Source: Rhodospirillales bacterium
GTDB lineage: Bacteria; Pseudomonadota; Alphaproteobacteria; Acetobacterales; Acetobacteraceae
Length of the DNA: 45,345 nt
NCBI GenBank assembly: GCA_043746535.1
Contig: JAYTQW010000345.1
Location: 1 to 45,345, forward strand
Direction: 5' to 3'
In this document: one piece after another, positions 9,818 through 21,066 of the stretch
How the letters are laid out: every line of letters starts with the position of its first letter
How positions within the stretch are numbered: position 1 is the first letter of the stretch
Position numbers and translations under genes: made by a program
The notes under the pieces: model-generated
The model's database searches: none
What the model was told of the DNA's origin: nothing
What the model saw: the letters and a program-made list of their open reading frames with translations, nothing else

Positions 9818-10789
9818 ATGGTGCAGTTCGCTCCGCCGCGTTCCGTCCGCAAGCGCGTCCCCCTGTTGCGCCGCGCGTGGGGCGAGATGGACGAGAACGG
9901 CTTCGTGCTGCCGGCCAATCCCAGCCGCCGCATCCTACGCCCGCTCCGCGCCATCCGTCGGGCCACGACGATCCTGGCCTGGACCGCGCTCAGCATCGTC
10001 GTGCAGGCGCTCCTGATCGTGCTGCCCGGTCCCGCCAAGGTGGTGTTCGCGCGCCTCTACTGGTCGTGCGTGTGCCGGCTGCTCGGCCTGTCGGTGCGCA
10101 CCATCGGCCAGCCGGCGCGGCGCACCGCCGATGGCCGCCCGGTCGTGTTCGTCTCCAACCATTCCTCCTGGCTCGACATCCTGGTGCTGGGCGGCAGGCT
10201 GGAGGCTTGCTTCATCGCCAAGCACGAGGTCGGCGGCTGGCCGTTGATCGGCTGGGTGGCGCGGCTGGGCCGCAGCGTGTTCATCGCCCGCCGCCGCACC
10301 GCCACCGGGCGCGAGCGCGACGACATGCGGGCACGCCTCGCCGGCGGCGACAACCTGATCCTGTTCCCGGAAGGCACCACCTCGGACGGCTCTCGCGTGA
10401 TGCCGTTCCGCTCCGCGTTCCTGTCCATCGCCGAACTGCCGGCGACCGCGGCCGGGCTGCCGCCGATCGTGCAGCCGGTCTCGGTGGTGTACGACCGGCT
10501 CGCCTTCCTGCCGACCGGACGCGCCACGCGGCCACTGTTCGCCTGGTATGGCGACATGGATATCGCCTCGCATTTCTGGCGGCTGGCGCAGCATCGCGGC
10601 CTGCGCGCCACTGTGCTGCTGCACGCGCCGCTCGACCCGCGCCACTTCGCCGACCGCAAGGCGCTGTCGCAGGCATGCTGGGCCGCCGTCGCCGGAGGCG
10701 CCGCGACATTGCGCCAGAACCGTCCCGCCCGCCCGCTCGGCGACGCCGCATCGCAGGGCAGCGACGCCGCCGCTGCGGCATTCGCATGA
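9818..10789 (+). CDS. Lysophospholipid (1-acyl-sn-glycerol-3-phosphate) acyltransferase family protein
   Basis: Contains the H(X)4D motif (FVSNHSSWLDILVL) and the FPEGTTSDG block of PlsC-type acyltransferases, plus an N-terminal TM segment. Confidence 0.85.
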   Translation: MVQFAPPRSVRKRVPLLRRAWGEMDENGFVLPANPSRRILRPLRAIRRATTILAWTALSIVVQALLIVLPGPAKVVFARLYWSCVCRLLGLSVRTIGQPARRTADGRPVVFVSNHSSWLDILVLGGRLEACFIAKHEVGGWPLIGWVARLGRSVFIARRRTATGRERDDMRARLAGGDNLILFPEGTTSDGSRVMPFRSAFLSIAELPATAAGLPPIVQPVSVVYDRLAFLPTGRATRPLFAWYGDMDIASHFWRLAQHRGLRATVLLHAPLDPRHFADRKALSQACWAAVAGGAATLRQNRPARPLGDAASQGSDAAAAAFA

Positions 10790-10980
10790 CAGCGCCATGA
10801 ACAGCTCGTGTCCGTCGTCAGGATCGGTTGACAACCACGCCCGTTCATCGGGCATGCTGATGCTCATGGTTCGATCCGCAATCCAACCGAGCGTGCCCGC
10901 CGCTTGACCAGCGGCAACCCGGGCAGCATTGCTCCCTCCAGCTTGCGCATGACCGCGCAACGGACAGGAGGGCGGCCACC

Positions 10981-12354
10981 TTGACGACCGATCAGCACCC
11001 CAAGCGCCTGCATATGATCACCTGGGGCTGCCAGATGAACGTCTATGACAGCGGGCGGATGGCCGACGTGCTGCGCCCGCTCGGCTATTCCCCGGCCGAT
11101 GGCGCCGAGGACGCCGACATGGTGATCCTCAACACATGCCACATCCGCGACCGCGCGGCGGAGAAGGTGTTCTCCGAACTTGGCCGCCTGCGTGTGGCGA
11201 AGGACGCGCGCGCCACCGCCGGGAAGCGCACCATCCTTGCCGTGGCCGGTTGCGTGGCGCAGGCCGAGGGCGCCGAAATCCTCGCCCGCGCGCCGTATGT
11301 CGATATCGTGCTCGGCCCGCAGACCTATCACCGCCTCCCGGAGATGGTGGCCCGCGCCAGCCGCGCCGCCGGTGCGGTGATCGAGACCGATTTCGCGGTC
11401 GAGGAGAAGTTCGACCAGCTCCCGGCGCAGGCCGGCGCACAGGGCGTCACCGCGTTCCTGACCATCCAGGAAGGCTGCGACAAGTTCTGCAGCTTCTGCG
11501 TGGTTCCCTACACGCGCGGTGCCGAGAGCAGCCGCCCGGTCTCCGCCATCGTCGCGGAGGCGGAGGCTCTGGTCGCCCACGGCGCGCGTGAGATCACGCT
11601 GCTGGGCCAGAACGTCAACGCCTGGCACGGCCTGGACGCGGGCGGGCATATATCCGATTTCGGCGCGCTGGTGCGCAGGCTTGCCGCCGTCTCGGGCCTG
11701 CTGCGCATCCGCTACACCACCTCGCACCCGCGCGACATGGACGCCAGCCTGATCGCCGCCCATGCCGAGGTGCCGGCGCTGATGCCGTTCCTGCATCTGC
11801 CGGTGCAGTCCGGCTCCGACCGCATGCTGGCGGCGATGAACCGCCGGCACACGGTCGCCCACTACCTCGGTCTGGTCGGGCAGTTGCGCGCGGCGCGGCC
11901 GGACATCGCGCTGTCGTCGGACTTCATCGTCGGCCACCCCGGCGAGACCGAGGTGGATTTCGAGGCGACGCTCGACCTGGTGCGGCAGGTGGGCTTCGCG
12001 CAGGCGTTCAGCTTCAAATACTCGCGCCGCCCCGGCACCCCCGCCGCCGCCGCGCCCGGTCAGGTCGACGAGGCGGAGAAGGACCGGCGGCTGCAAACGC
12101 TACAGGCATTGCTGCGCGAGCAGCAGGCGACGTTCAACGCGGCCAGCACCGGCCTCGTGGTCCCGGTGCTGGTGACCGGGGCGGGCCGCCGCCCCGGCCA
12201 GATCGGCGGCCGCACGCCCTGGCTGCAACCCGTCCATGCCGAGGGGCCGGAAAGCCTGATTGGCCAAGAGGTGATGATGAAGATTCTCGCCGGACGTCCC
12301 ACATCCCTGACTGGAACACTGCACCCCGAACGACAGGAGCGAATTTGCGCCTAA
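10981..12354 (+). CDS. miaB: tRNA-2-methylthio-N6-dimethylallyladenosine synthase MiaB
   Basis: The N-terminus ([17 protein letters not shown]) and the radical-SAM motif ([15 protein letters not shown]) fit MiaB. The start is TTG, preceded by AGGAGGG about 9 nt upstream. Confidence 0.92.
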   Translation: MTTDQHPKRLHMITWGCQMNVYDSGRMADVLRPLGYSPADGAEDADMVILNTCHIRDRAAEKVFSELGRLRVAKDARATAGKRTILAVAGCVAQAEGAEILARAPYVDIVLGPQTYHRLPEMVARASRAAGAVIETDFAVEEKFDQLPAQAGAQGVTAFLTIQEGCDKFCSFCVVPYTRGAESSRPVSAIVAEAEALVAHGAREITLLGQNVNAWHGLDAGGHISDFGALVRRLAAVSGLLRIRYTTSHPRDMDASLIAAHAEVPALMPFLHLPVQSGSDRMLAAMNRRHTVAHYLGLVGQLRAARPDIALSSDFIVGHPGETEVDFEATLDLVRQVGFAQAFSFKYSRRPGTPAAAAPGQVDEAEKDRRLQTLQALLREQQATFNAASTGLVVPVLVTGAGRRPGQIGGRTPWLQPVHAEGPESLIGQEVMMKILAGRPTSLTGTLHPERQERICA

Positions 12355-13421
12355 ACCAGATCGCCACCCACTCGGCTGGCCCAGCCGCCTTGCACAACGC
12401 CTCGGCCCAGACTCCGGGCAAGGCCGTGACCTTGCACTTCAACGACAACGCCCTGCTGCCGCTGTTGCTGGGCGACCACGACCGGCATCTGGTCCGATTG
12501 GAACAGGCGCTGGGCGTCCGCCTGTCGTGTCGCGGCAACCGTGTGGCCATCGCCGGCGAACAGGCGCGGGTGGAAGCGGCGCAGGCGGCGCTGAACGGCC
12601 TGTATGCGCGGCTGGTGCGCGGCGAGGGCATCAGCCTGGGCGATGTGGACGCGGCCGTGCGCATGAGCGAGGTGGACGATCCCCGGCTGCCGCTGTCCGA
12701 CCTGCCGGCGATCCGCACCCGCCGCGGCGCGGTGGGCCCGCGCAGTCCGGGCCAGGCCGAGTATATCGACGCGCTCGGCAAATACGAGATGACGTTCGGC
12801 ATCGGCCCGGCCGGCACCGGCAAGACCTATCTGGCGGTGGCGCAGGCGGTGGCGATGCTCACCGCCGGGCGGGTCGACCGCATCATCCTGTCGCGCCCGG
12901 CGGTGGAGGCGGGCGAGCGGCTGGGCTTCCTGCCGGGCGACCTCAAGGACAAGATCGACCCGTACCTGCGCCCGTTATACGACGCGCTCGGCGACATGAT
13001 GCCGGCCGACCAGGTGATCCGGCGCATGGCCACCGGCGAGATCGAGGTGGCGCCGCTGGCGTTCATGCGCGGCCGCACGCTGGCGCACGCCTTCGTCATA
13101 TTGGACGAGGCGCAGAACACCACCTCGGTGCAGATGAAGATGTTCCTGACCCGCATGGGCGAGGGCACCCGCATGGTCATCACCGGCGACCTGACCCAGA
13201 TCGACCTGCCCGGCAGCACCCGCTCCGGCCTGAAGGATGCGCTCGACACGCTGGAAGGCGTCGCCGGAATCGGGGTATGTCGTTTCGATAAGCGCGATGT
13301 GGTACGGCATCCGCTGGTGGCCCGCATCGTCGATGCTTATGACCAGCGTGCCACCGCCGAAAAGGAGCGCCAGCGCACCCGCGCGCCGGCGCCCGCCGAC
13401 AACGTGCCGTCGGGCAAGTAG
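12345..13421 (+). CDS. ybeZ: PhoH-like ATPase (YbeZ)
   Basis: Walker A motif ([19 protein letters not shown]), PhoH core ([34 protein letters not shown]) and ILDEAQN. The start is TTG and overlaps the miaB end, so its position is uncertain. Confidence 0.9.
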   Translation: MRLNQIATHSAGPAALHNASAQTPGKAVTLHFNDNALLPLLLGDHDRHLVRLEQALGVRLSCRGNRVAIAGEQARVEAAQAALNGLYARLVRGEGISLGDVDAAVRMSEVDDPRLPLSDLPAIRTRRGAVGPRSPGQAEYIDALGKYEMTFGIGPAGTGKTYLAVAQAVAMLTAGRVDRIILSRPAVEAGERLGFLPGDLKDKIDPYLRPLYDALGDMMPADQVIRRMATGEIEVAPLAFMRGRTLAHAFVILDEAQNTTSVQMKMFLTRMGEGTRMVITGDLTQIDLPGSTRSGLKDALDTLEGVAGIGVCRFDKRDVVRHPLVARIVDAYDQRATAEKERQRTRAPAPADNVPSGK

Positions 13422-13544
13422 CCGTGCCTAACCCATAGTTGGAGCAGTTCGATCAGCCCGGATGGCAGTAGCGGCCCCGCGATCCCTGAGGGGCAGGGAG
13501 CGGGGTTCCAGATAAGTCTCGACGATCCGGGGTGGCGCCGCCTG

Positions 13545-13921
13545 GTGCCGCGCGCCGATCTGGTGGTGGCCCGCGCGCTGCGGGTGGCCGGCATCCCCGC
13601 CAGCGTGGTGCTGACCAGCGACCGCGTGGTGCGTGGCCTGAATGCCGCGCATCGTGGCCGCAACAAGCCGACCAACGTGCTGACGTTCGAGGCGCCGGCG
13701 CCGGGCATGTGCGGTGAGATCATTCTGGCCCAGGGCGTTGTCCGGCGTGAGGCCGCCGCCGCCGGGCGCAGGCCGGCGCATCATCTGGCGCATCTGGTCA
13801 TCCATGGCGCGCTCCATCTCGACGGCCACGATCATGGCGGCGCCGGCGAGGCGCGGCGGATGGAGATGGCCGAGGCAAGGGCACTTGCCCGCATCGGTGT
13901 GCCGAACCCGTGGCGCACCCG

Positions 13922-13925
<4 letters not shown>
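13545..13925 (+). CDS. ybeY: Endoribonuclease YbeY (5' end uncertain)
   Basis: Contains the zinc motif HLVIHGALHLDGHDH and KPTNVLTF. Homology-like sequence (FQISLDDPGWRRLVP) continues upstream of the GTG at 13545 with no canonical start codon. Confidence 0.85.
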
Positions 13926-14839
<914 letters not shown>

Positions 14840-14934
14840 CGCGGTCGCGAAGACACTGTCGCCAAACTGTAATTTGCCGCCTCCATACCTGCCTGCGAGC
14901 GTTCGGATGTGAGTAGGACGCAAGGAGTGCCAAC

Positions 14935-16290
14935 ATGACCAGGACGCCATCGCGCAAGCCAAAGCGCGGCTCGCCACCAGATCTTGGCTACAACGTGCCA
15001 ACGAATCCCTCGGTGCCGATCGACAATACCCAATCGCACGCGGTCGACCAGCCGGTGTTCGCGCAGCCGGTGGCGACGGTCGATCCGACCCAGTTCACCG
15101 TCCGGCACAGCAACGACACCGAGGCCTACAAGACGCTCGATGCGCAGAACAAGAGCCACGCCCTGCAACCGCTGCCGTTCCCGGCGCCGCGCGGCCTGCC
15201 GGAGCCGGTGCTGACGCTGGCGCAGGTGCTCGGCGCGCGAGGCGCCGACACCGTGGCGGCGGTGACCAAGGCCGGCAGGCTGGTGTTCCACTCGGTCGGC
15301 GACACCGGCAACACGCGCGGCCCCGACCCGCAGAACCTGGTCGCCGACAAGATGATCGGCGACTTTCAGGAGGCGAATGCCGGCGAGGTGCCGCTGTTCT
15401 ACTTCCATCTGGGCGATGTGATCTACAACTTCGGCGAGCGGCTGTATTACTACGACCAGTTCTACGACCCGTATCGCGGCTATCCCGCGCCGATCCTGGC
15501 GCTGGCCGGCAACCATGACGGCATGATCGCGCCCAACACGCACGCCATCACCCTGGACGCCTTCCTTGAAAACTTCTGCGCCGATGGTTTTCGCATCGCG
15601 CCGGAAGCTGGCGGCCTCAGCCGCACCGCGCAGATCCAGCCGGGCGTGTTCTTCACCTTCGAGGCGCCGTTCGTGCGCATCCTGGCGCTGTACAGCAACA
15701 CGCTCGAAGACCCCGGCGTGATCTCGACCCAGGGCGGCGCCTTTCCCGAACTGAATGACTCGCAGCTTGACTTCCTGCGCGCGGCGCTGGGGCGGGTGAA
15801 GCGGGAGAAGTTCGCCGGCGCGTTGATCGTGGCGCACCATCACCCGTCCTACACCGCCGGCGCCAAGCACGGCTGGAGCATCGACGTGCGCACCGAGATC
15901 GATGCCATCTGCAACGAAGTCGGCGTCTGGCCGCACGCGGTACTGTCGGCGCACGCCCACAACTACCAACGCTTCACCCGCACGCACGGCGACACCCAGA
16001 TCCCCTACATCATCGCCGGGGGCGGCGGCCACGGCCTCGGCAAGCTGACCCGCAAGGCCACCGGCCCGCTGCGGGTGCCGATGGAGATCGAGCCGGCGTC
16101 GGCCACCGATGACCGGGTGGTGCTGGAAAGCTACGACGACCAGAACTACGGCTACCTGCGCATCCTGGTGACCGCAACACAGCTCCGCATCGAATACCAC
16201 CCGGCCAGCGACGGCACCGCCGCCAAGACGCCCGACGATACCGTCACGGTCGACCTCGCCACCCGCAAGTTCGCCTATTTCCAAAGCTGA
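14935..16290 (+). CDS. Metallophosphoesterase (calcineurin-like) family protein
   Basis: Motifs FHSVGDTGN, FHLGDVIYN, LAGNHDG and AHHHP...SAHAHNYQR match the metallophosphoesterase signature. AAGGAG lies 7 nt upstream of the ATG. Confidence 0.8.
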   Translation: MTRTPSRKPKRGSPPDLGYNVPTNPSVPIDNTQSHAVDQPVFAQPVATVDPTQFTVRHSNDTEAYKTLDAQNKSHALQPLPFPAPRGLPEPVLTLAQVLGARGADTVAAVTKAGRLVFHSVGDTGNTRGPDPQNLVADKMIGDFQEANAGEVPLFYFHLGDVIYNFGERLYYYDQFYDPYRGYPAPILALAGNHDGMIAPNTHAITLDAFLENFCADGFRIAPEAGGLSRTAQIQPGVFFTFEAPFVRILALYSNTLEDPGVISTQGGAFPELNDSQLDFLRAALGRVKREKFAGALIVAHHHPSYTAGAKHGWSIDVRTEIDAICNEVGVWPHAVLSAHAHNYQRFTRTHGDTQIPYIIAGGGGHGLGKLTRKATGPLRVPMEIEPASATDDRVVLESYDDQNYGYLRILVTATQLRIEYHPASDGTAAKTPDDTVTVDLATRKFAYFQS

Positions 16291-16321
16291 CAGGCTGTTG
16301 AGAACATCGAGGCTGCATATA

Positions 16322-16446
16322 TAGGCAAGGCCATGGGCTTTGCCCCTGGACCCCAGCAAAGGCTGAGCCTTTGCAATTCACTTGTCTTGAGAAATGGGGT
16401 TTGGGGCCTGCGGCCCCAATGGGTCGAGGGCGACGCCCTCGCCTGC
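16322..16446 (+). repeat. Structured intergenic repeat, copy 1 (four tandem GC hairpins)
   Basis: Near-identical to 31371..31495, 42170..42293 and 43834..43995. Hairpins: ggcaaggcc-atg-ggctttgcc, gcaaaggc-tga-gcctttgc, ggggcc-tgc-ggcccc, cgagggc-gac-gccctcg. Confidence 0.9.
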
Positions 16447-17363
16447 TACAACGGTGTACCGACCCCGAGCAGCGCCTCGCCCTGGCTCACCGACAGGCTG
16501 GTAAGCCGGTACAGCACGGTGCCGCTCGTCTCCGAGCGCACCGTGGCCAGCACAACGCCGAACAGGTCGCGGATCTCGCCCAGGATGTCGCCCGCCGTGA
16601 CCACCTCCGCCACCTGCTTGGCCGAATACCACAGCCCATCTGCTGGGGCGGCCGGCACCCACATGGTCATCAGCTCCACCGGGAGCGACTCGACGATGCC
16701 CTCCCGCATCCCGAGATGGCGCATGACGCGGGCGATGCCGGTGGAGAGTTGGCCCACGCTGGCCTCGTCCCACAGCCCGTTGCCGCTCACCTCGGCGATG
16801 ATGCCGGGCACGCCGACGCGGTGCGCCGCGTTGATGGTGTAGCCCTCGCCGCCGGCCGAGACGGCGACCGGCAGGCCGAACGCGACGGCCAGCGCCTGCG
16901 CCGTCGCCGAGCCGGCCGGGAACAACGAGAACGGCGCCAATGCCTCGTCCAGATCGCCGCCATGCAGGTCGAGATAGGCGTCCACCTGTGAGAACACACG
17001 GGTCACAAGCCAATCGGCCAGACGTTCGCTGACGCTGCCGTCCGGCCTGCCCGGGAACATGCGGTTCAGGTTGCGGCCGTCCTCCGGCATGACGTAGATG
17101 GCTCGCTCGCGAAAGCCGCGCATGTTGAGCACCGGCAGCACCAGCAAGGTGCCGGCGATGTCCTCCGGCCGGGTCCGCAGCAGGCGCAAGGCTGCCTCGA
17201 TCGAGCAGAACTCCGATCCATGCACCCCGGCGGTGACCAGCAGGCGCGGGCCGGAACGCGCGCCCTCGATCAGGCCGAACGGGATTTCCAGGCCCTCGAC
17301 CGGGCGCAGGGTGCCCTGTTCGTGGCGGGGCTTTCCGGTGCGCAGCGGTGGCAGCGACGACAT
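16446..17363 (-). CDS. Succinylglutamate desuccinylase/aspartoacylase (M14-like deacylase) family protein
   Basis: 305 aa starting MSSLPPL. Zinc-ligand context AGVHGSEF and LDLHGG. It is the C-terminal part of the 636-aa ORF 16446..18356, whose N-terminal extension is off-frame junk over the EamA gene. Confidence 0.85.
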   Translation of the reverse strand: MSSLPPLRTGKPRHEQGTLRPVEGLEIPFGLIEGARSGPRLLVTAGVHGSEFCSIEAALRLLRTRPEDIAGTLLVLPVLNMRGFRERAIYVMPEDGRNLNRMFPGRPDGSVSERLADWLVTRVFSQVDAYLDLHGGDLDEALAPFSLFPAGSATAQALAVAFGLPVAVSAGGEGYTINAAHRVGVPGIIAEVSGNGLWDEASVGQLSTGIARVMRHLGMREGIVESLPVELMTMWVPAAPADGLWYSAKQVAEVVTAGDILGEIRDLFGVVLATVRSETSGTVLYRLTSLSVSQGEALLGVGTPL

Positions 17364-17380
17364 GGCTGATCCTGCTTCGG

Positions 17381-18256
17381 TCAAGTCGGTGACGCCAGCG
17401 ACAGGGCAACACCGGGCCGGGCCGGCATGGCCGCGAGCAGCCCGCCGCCGGCGACCAGGGCCGCCGCCGCCAGCAGCGTGGCCGTGAACGGCGCGTAGCC
17501 GGCGGCGCACAGCAGCAAGGTGGAGGCGACCGGCGCCGCGTAGGCGAGGGTGCCGAGCAGGCGTGGGTCGCCGCGCTTCATGCCGATGTCCCAAAGGAAG
17601 AACGCGCCGCCGACCGGACCCAGGCCGAGGGCCACCGCCGCCATCCAGGCATGGATGCTCGGCATCATGCGCGGCTCGAATGCGGCATGGCACAAGGCCG
17701 CCAACACGGCGGTCGCGGCGCAGAATCCGGCCACTGCCCCCGTCGGCACGTCGCGGAACCGTCGTGCCAGCACCGAGTAGAACGCCCAGATGACGGCACT
17801 CGCCGCCGCCGCGACATAGCCCGGCAGCGCCGCGACGCTGAAATGCGCGCCGCCGCCCAGCAGCAGCGCGCAACCGGCCGCGCCGAGCGCCACGCCGAGC
17901 AGTTGCCGTGGCAGCAGGCGCTGGCCCAGCGTCCAGGCGGACAGCAGCACCACCAGCAGCGGCCAGGAGTAGTTCAGCAGGTTCGCCTCCGCAGCCGGCG
18001 CCCAGGCGAGGGCGGCGAAGAACAGCGCGTGGAAGCCGAACAGCCCGCCGACGCCATGCGCCCACGCCCACGGCGGCTGCCGCAGGTCGCACAGCCGTCC
18101 GAATGCCGCCAGCAGCAGCAGGCCCGATCCGCCGGACACGGCGAAGCAGATTGCCACCAGCTCGAACGGCGGCACGGCGGCGGCGGCGCGCGACAGCAGG
18201 GCGAGGAATGCCCAACTGGCGATGGCACCGACGCCGAGGAGGTTGGCCCGCCTCAA
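17381..18256 (-). CDS. EamA/DMT-superfamily transporter
   Basis: 291 aa with about 10 hydrophobic helices and a duplicated EamA-like architecture. The TTG start overlaps the phaB stop region. Confidence 0.75.
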   Translation of the reverse strand: MRRANLLGVGAIASWAFLALLSRAAAAVPPFELVAICFAVSGGSGLLLLAAFGRLCDLRQPPWAWAHGVGGLFGFHALFFAALAWAPAAEANLLNYSWPLLVVLLSAWTLGQRLLPRQLLGVALGAAGCALLLGGGAHFSVAALPGYVAAAASAVIWAFYSVLARRFRDVPTGAVAGFCAATAVLAALCHAAFEPRMMPSIHAWMAAVALGLGPVGGAFFLWDIGMKRGDPRLLGTLAYAAPVASTLLLCAAGYAPFTATLLAAAALVAGGGLLAAMPARPGVALSLASPT

Positions 18257-18975
18257 TACATGTGCTGCCCGCCATTGATCGACAGCGTCGATCCGGTGAT
18301 GAAGTCGGCATCGTCGGAGGTGAGGAACAACACCCCGCGCGCGATGTCCTCGGCATGACCCAGCCGCCCTACCGGGATGCGGGCGACGATCTTCTGCAGC
18401 ACCTCGGGCGGCACCGCGCGCACCATTTCAGTGTCGACATAGCCGGGTGCGATGGCATTGCAGGTGATGTTGAAGCGGGCGCCCTCCTGCGCCAACGCCT
18501 TGGTGAAGCCGTGGATGCCCGACTTGGCGGCGGCGTAGTTGACCTGGCCATATTGCCCGGCCTGGCCGTTGATGCTGCCGATGTTGACGATGCGGCCGAA
18601 CCTGGCCGCGCGCATGGCGTCGAAGGTCAGCTTGCATAGGTTGAAGCAACTGCCCAGGTTGGTGTCCAGCACCGCGTCCCACATGTCGCGCGACAGCTTG
18701 GCGATGGTGGCGTCGCGGGTGATGCCTGCGTTGTTGACCAGGATCTCGATCGGCCCGGTCTCGGCGGTGATCGCCGCCACCGCCTCCGCGCACGCCTCGA
18801 AGCTGCCGGCGTCGAACTTGCGCACCATGATGCCGGTAGCGGCCTTGAAGGCCTCGGCGGCGGCGTCGTTGCCGGCGTAGCTGGCGACCACCGTGCGGCC
18901 GGCGGCCTGCAACTGCCGGCTGATCTCGGCGCCGATGCCGCGCGTGCCGCCGGTGACCAATGCGACCTTGCTCAT
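18253..18975 (-). CDS. phaB: Acetoacetyl-CoA reductase (SDR)
   Basis: MSKVALVTGGTRGIG, NNAGITRD, and the YAAAK catalytic motif in the context GQVNYAAAKSG, ending GSTLSINGGQHMY. This is the classic PhaB/PhbB pattern. Thiolase lies upstream in the same orientation. Confidence 0.9.
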   Translation of the reverse strand: MSKVALVTGGTRGIGAEISRQLQAAGRTVVASYAGNDAAAEAFKAATGIMVRKFDAGSFEACAEAVAAITAETGPIEILVNNAGITRDATIAKLSRDMWDAVLDTNLGSCFNLCKLTFDAMRAARFGRIVNIGSINGQAGQYGQVNYAAAKSGIHGFTKALAQEGARFNITCNAIAPGYVDTEMVRAVPPEVLQKIVARIPVGRLGHAEDIARGVLFLTSDDADFITGSTLSINGGQHMY

Positions 18976-19071
18976 GGGTTCCCTCCCGTTGCCCCGTTTC
19001 CGGCAGCGTAGCACCGGATCGCCTCTGCGCTACACTGGCAGGGGCGGCAGGGAGCGTGGGCCTATGCACAT

Positions 19072-19806
19072 CTATTTTCTAGCAAATGACTCAATAAGTC
19101 CGGATAGCTTTTGATTTATGTCTGCCCAATGGGGCAGGAGAGATGCGTTAAATTGGAATGCGAGGTGTATGTCGCCAATTATGTATTTTTGAGCGTTGCA
19201 TTGCTCTGTCTGAACAAGTTGACCGGAAACTGGGGTATCTACTCTGACCGCATCTATAGTTCCTGGAAAAGCGACTAGAATGCCAGAGACAGTACGCATT
19301 CGATAGAGATCATATGGTCCAGGCTCAAGTTCATCATCTTTCCACGGCCCAACGAATGCGGCGACCCGCTCTGGCTCGTCGTGCCCGACGAGCACCGCAT
19401 AGATCAGGTCAGGGTGTCTTGCGGCGGACAAGACCCGAAACTCGGCAATCCGGTTCGGTGGGATCGGCGTCATGCCGGGATAAAGAAACGCTAACTGCGG
19501 CGCATAAACCTTGCCGCATACGCCATGCCCAGATAAGCAGTAGAGTGGGTTGACGAACATCCCCACTACCATGCTGCGCGGGATGTCGAGCGTGACGTGC
19601 CCAATCGTGACCGCAACCGTAGCGTGCGACTCGGCATCGAACCCTGCGACTGAACTAGCCGGCAGCGAGTTGGCTGGCGCTACGCTCATGCCAGGATCGG
19701 ACGCCATTGAGTCAGGCGCGGCAGACCAGGCGTGACGCGGCGGCAGGCCAAATAAAAGTGCCGCCAACACCAGCGGTATGCGAAACGCTAGAACCGCCTG
19801 GAGCAT
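19072..19806 (-). CDS. Hypothetical secreted protein (ORFan, atypically low GC)
   Basis: 244 aa with a signal peptide (MLQAVLAFRIPLVLAALLFGLPPRHAWSA). I recognise no family motif. By hand count, 107 G+C in 240 nt at 19081..19320 (about 45%) versus about 75% in the phaB flank. Confidence 0.6.
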   Translation of the reverse strand: MLQAVLAFRIPLVLAALLFGLPPRHAWSAAPDSMASDPGMSVAPANSLPASSVAGFDAESHATVAVTIGHVTLDIPRSMVVGMFVNPLYCLSGHGVCGKVYAPQLAFLYPGMTPIPPNRIAEFRVLSAARHPDLIYAVLVGHDEPERVAAFVGPWKDDELEPGPYDLYRMRTVSGILVAFPGTIDAVRVDTPVSGQLVQTEQCNAQKYIIGDIHLAFQFNASLLPHWADINQKLSGLIESFARK

Positions 19807-19818
19807 AAAGAAAGGCCG

Positions 19819-20991
<1,173 letters not shown>

Positions 20992-21066
20992 GGTCCGGCT
21001 GTCCCCCATTGCTGTTGCGCGAAACATAGAGTGCCGTCCGGCTTGCGCCAAATTCGCGGTGGCGGA

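Noticed and set aside
10828-10858. TTGACA at 10828..10833 as a -35 element for miaB.
   Set aside because: No convincing -10 hexamer follows at a 16-19 nt spacing (best candidate CATGCT). The evidence is too weak to call a promoter.
16333-16842. ORFs that translate the 125-bp repeat, such as MGFAPGPQQRLSLCN... at 16333, 31246..31524, 43488..43931, and the 5' part of 41825..42316.
   Set aside because: The peptide similarity arises only because the same nucleotide repeat is translated. The ORFs have no consistent start, stop or frame between copies.
16446-18356. 636-aa ORF suggesting a large fusion protein. Similar N-terminal extensions occur in 33111..36176 (leuS), 25387..27084 (modC), 22074..25208 (polA), 26463..27527 (modB), 38188..39228 (thiE-like) and 38357..39574 (yggS).
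   Set aside because: The extensions are stop-free junk that reads through neighbouring genes. Internal starts with an RBS or translational coupling give proteins of normal family length.
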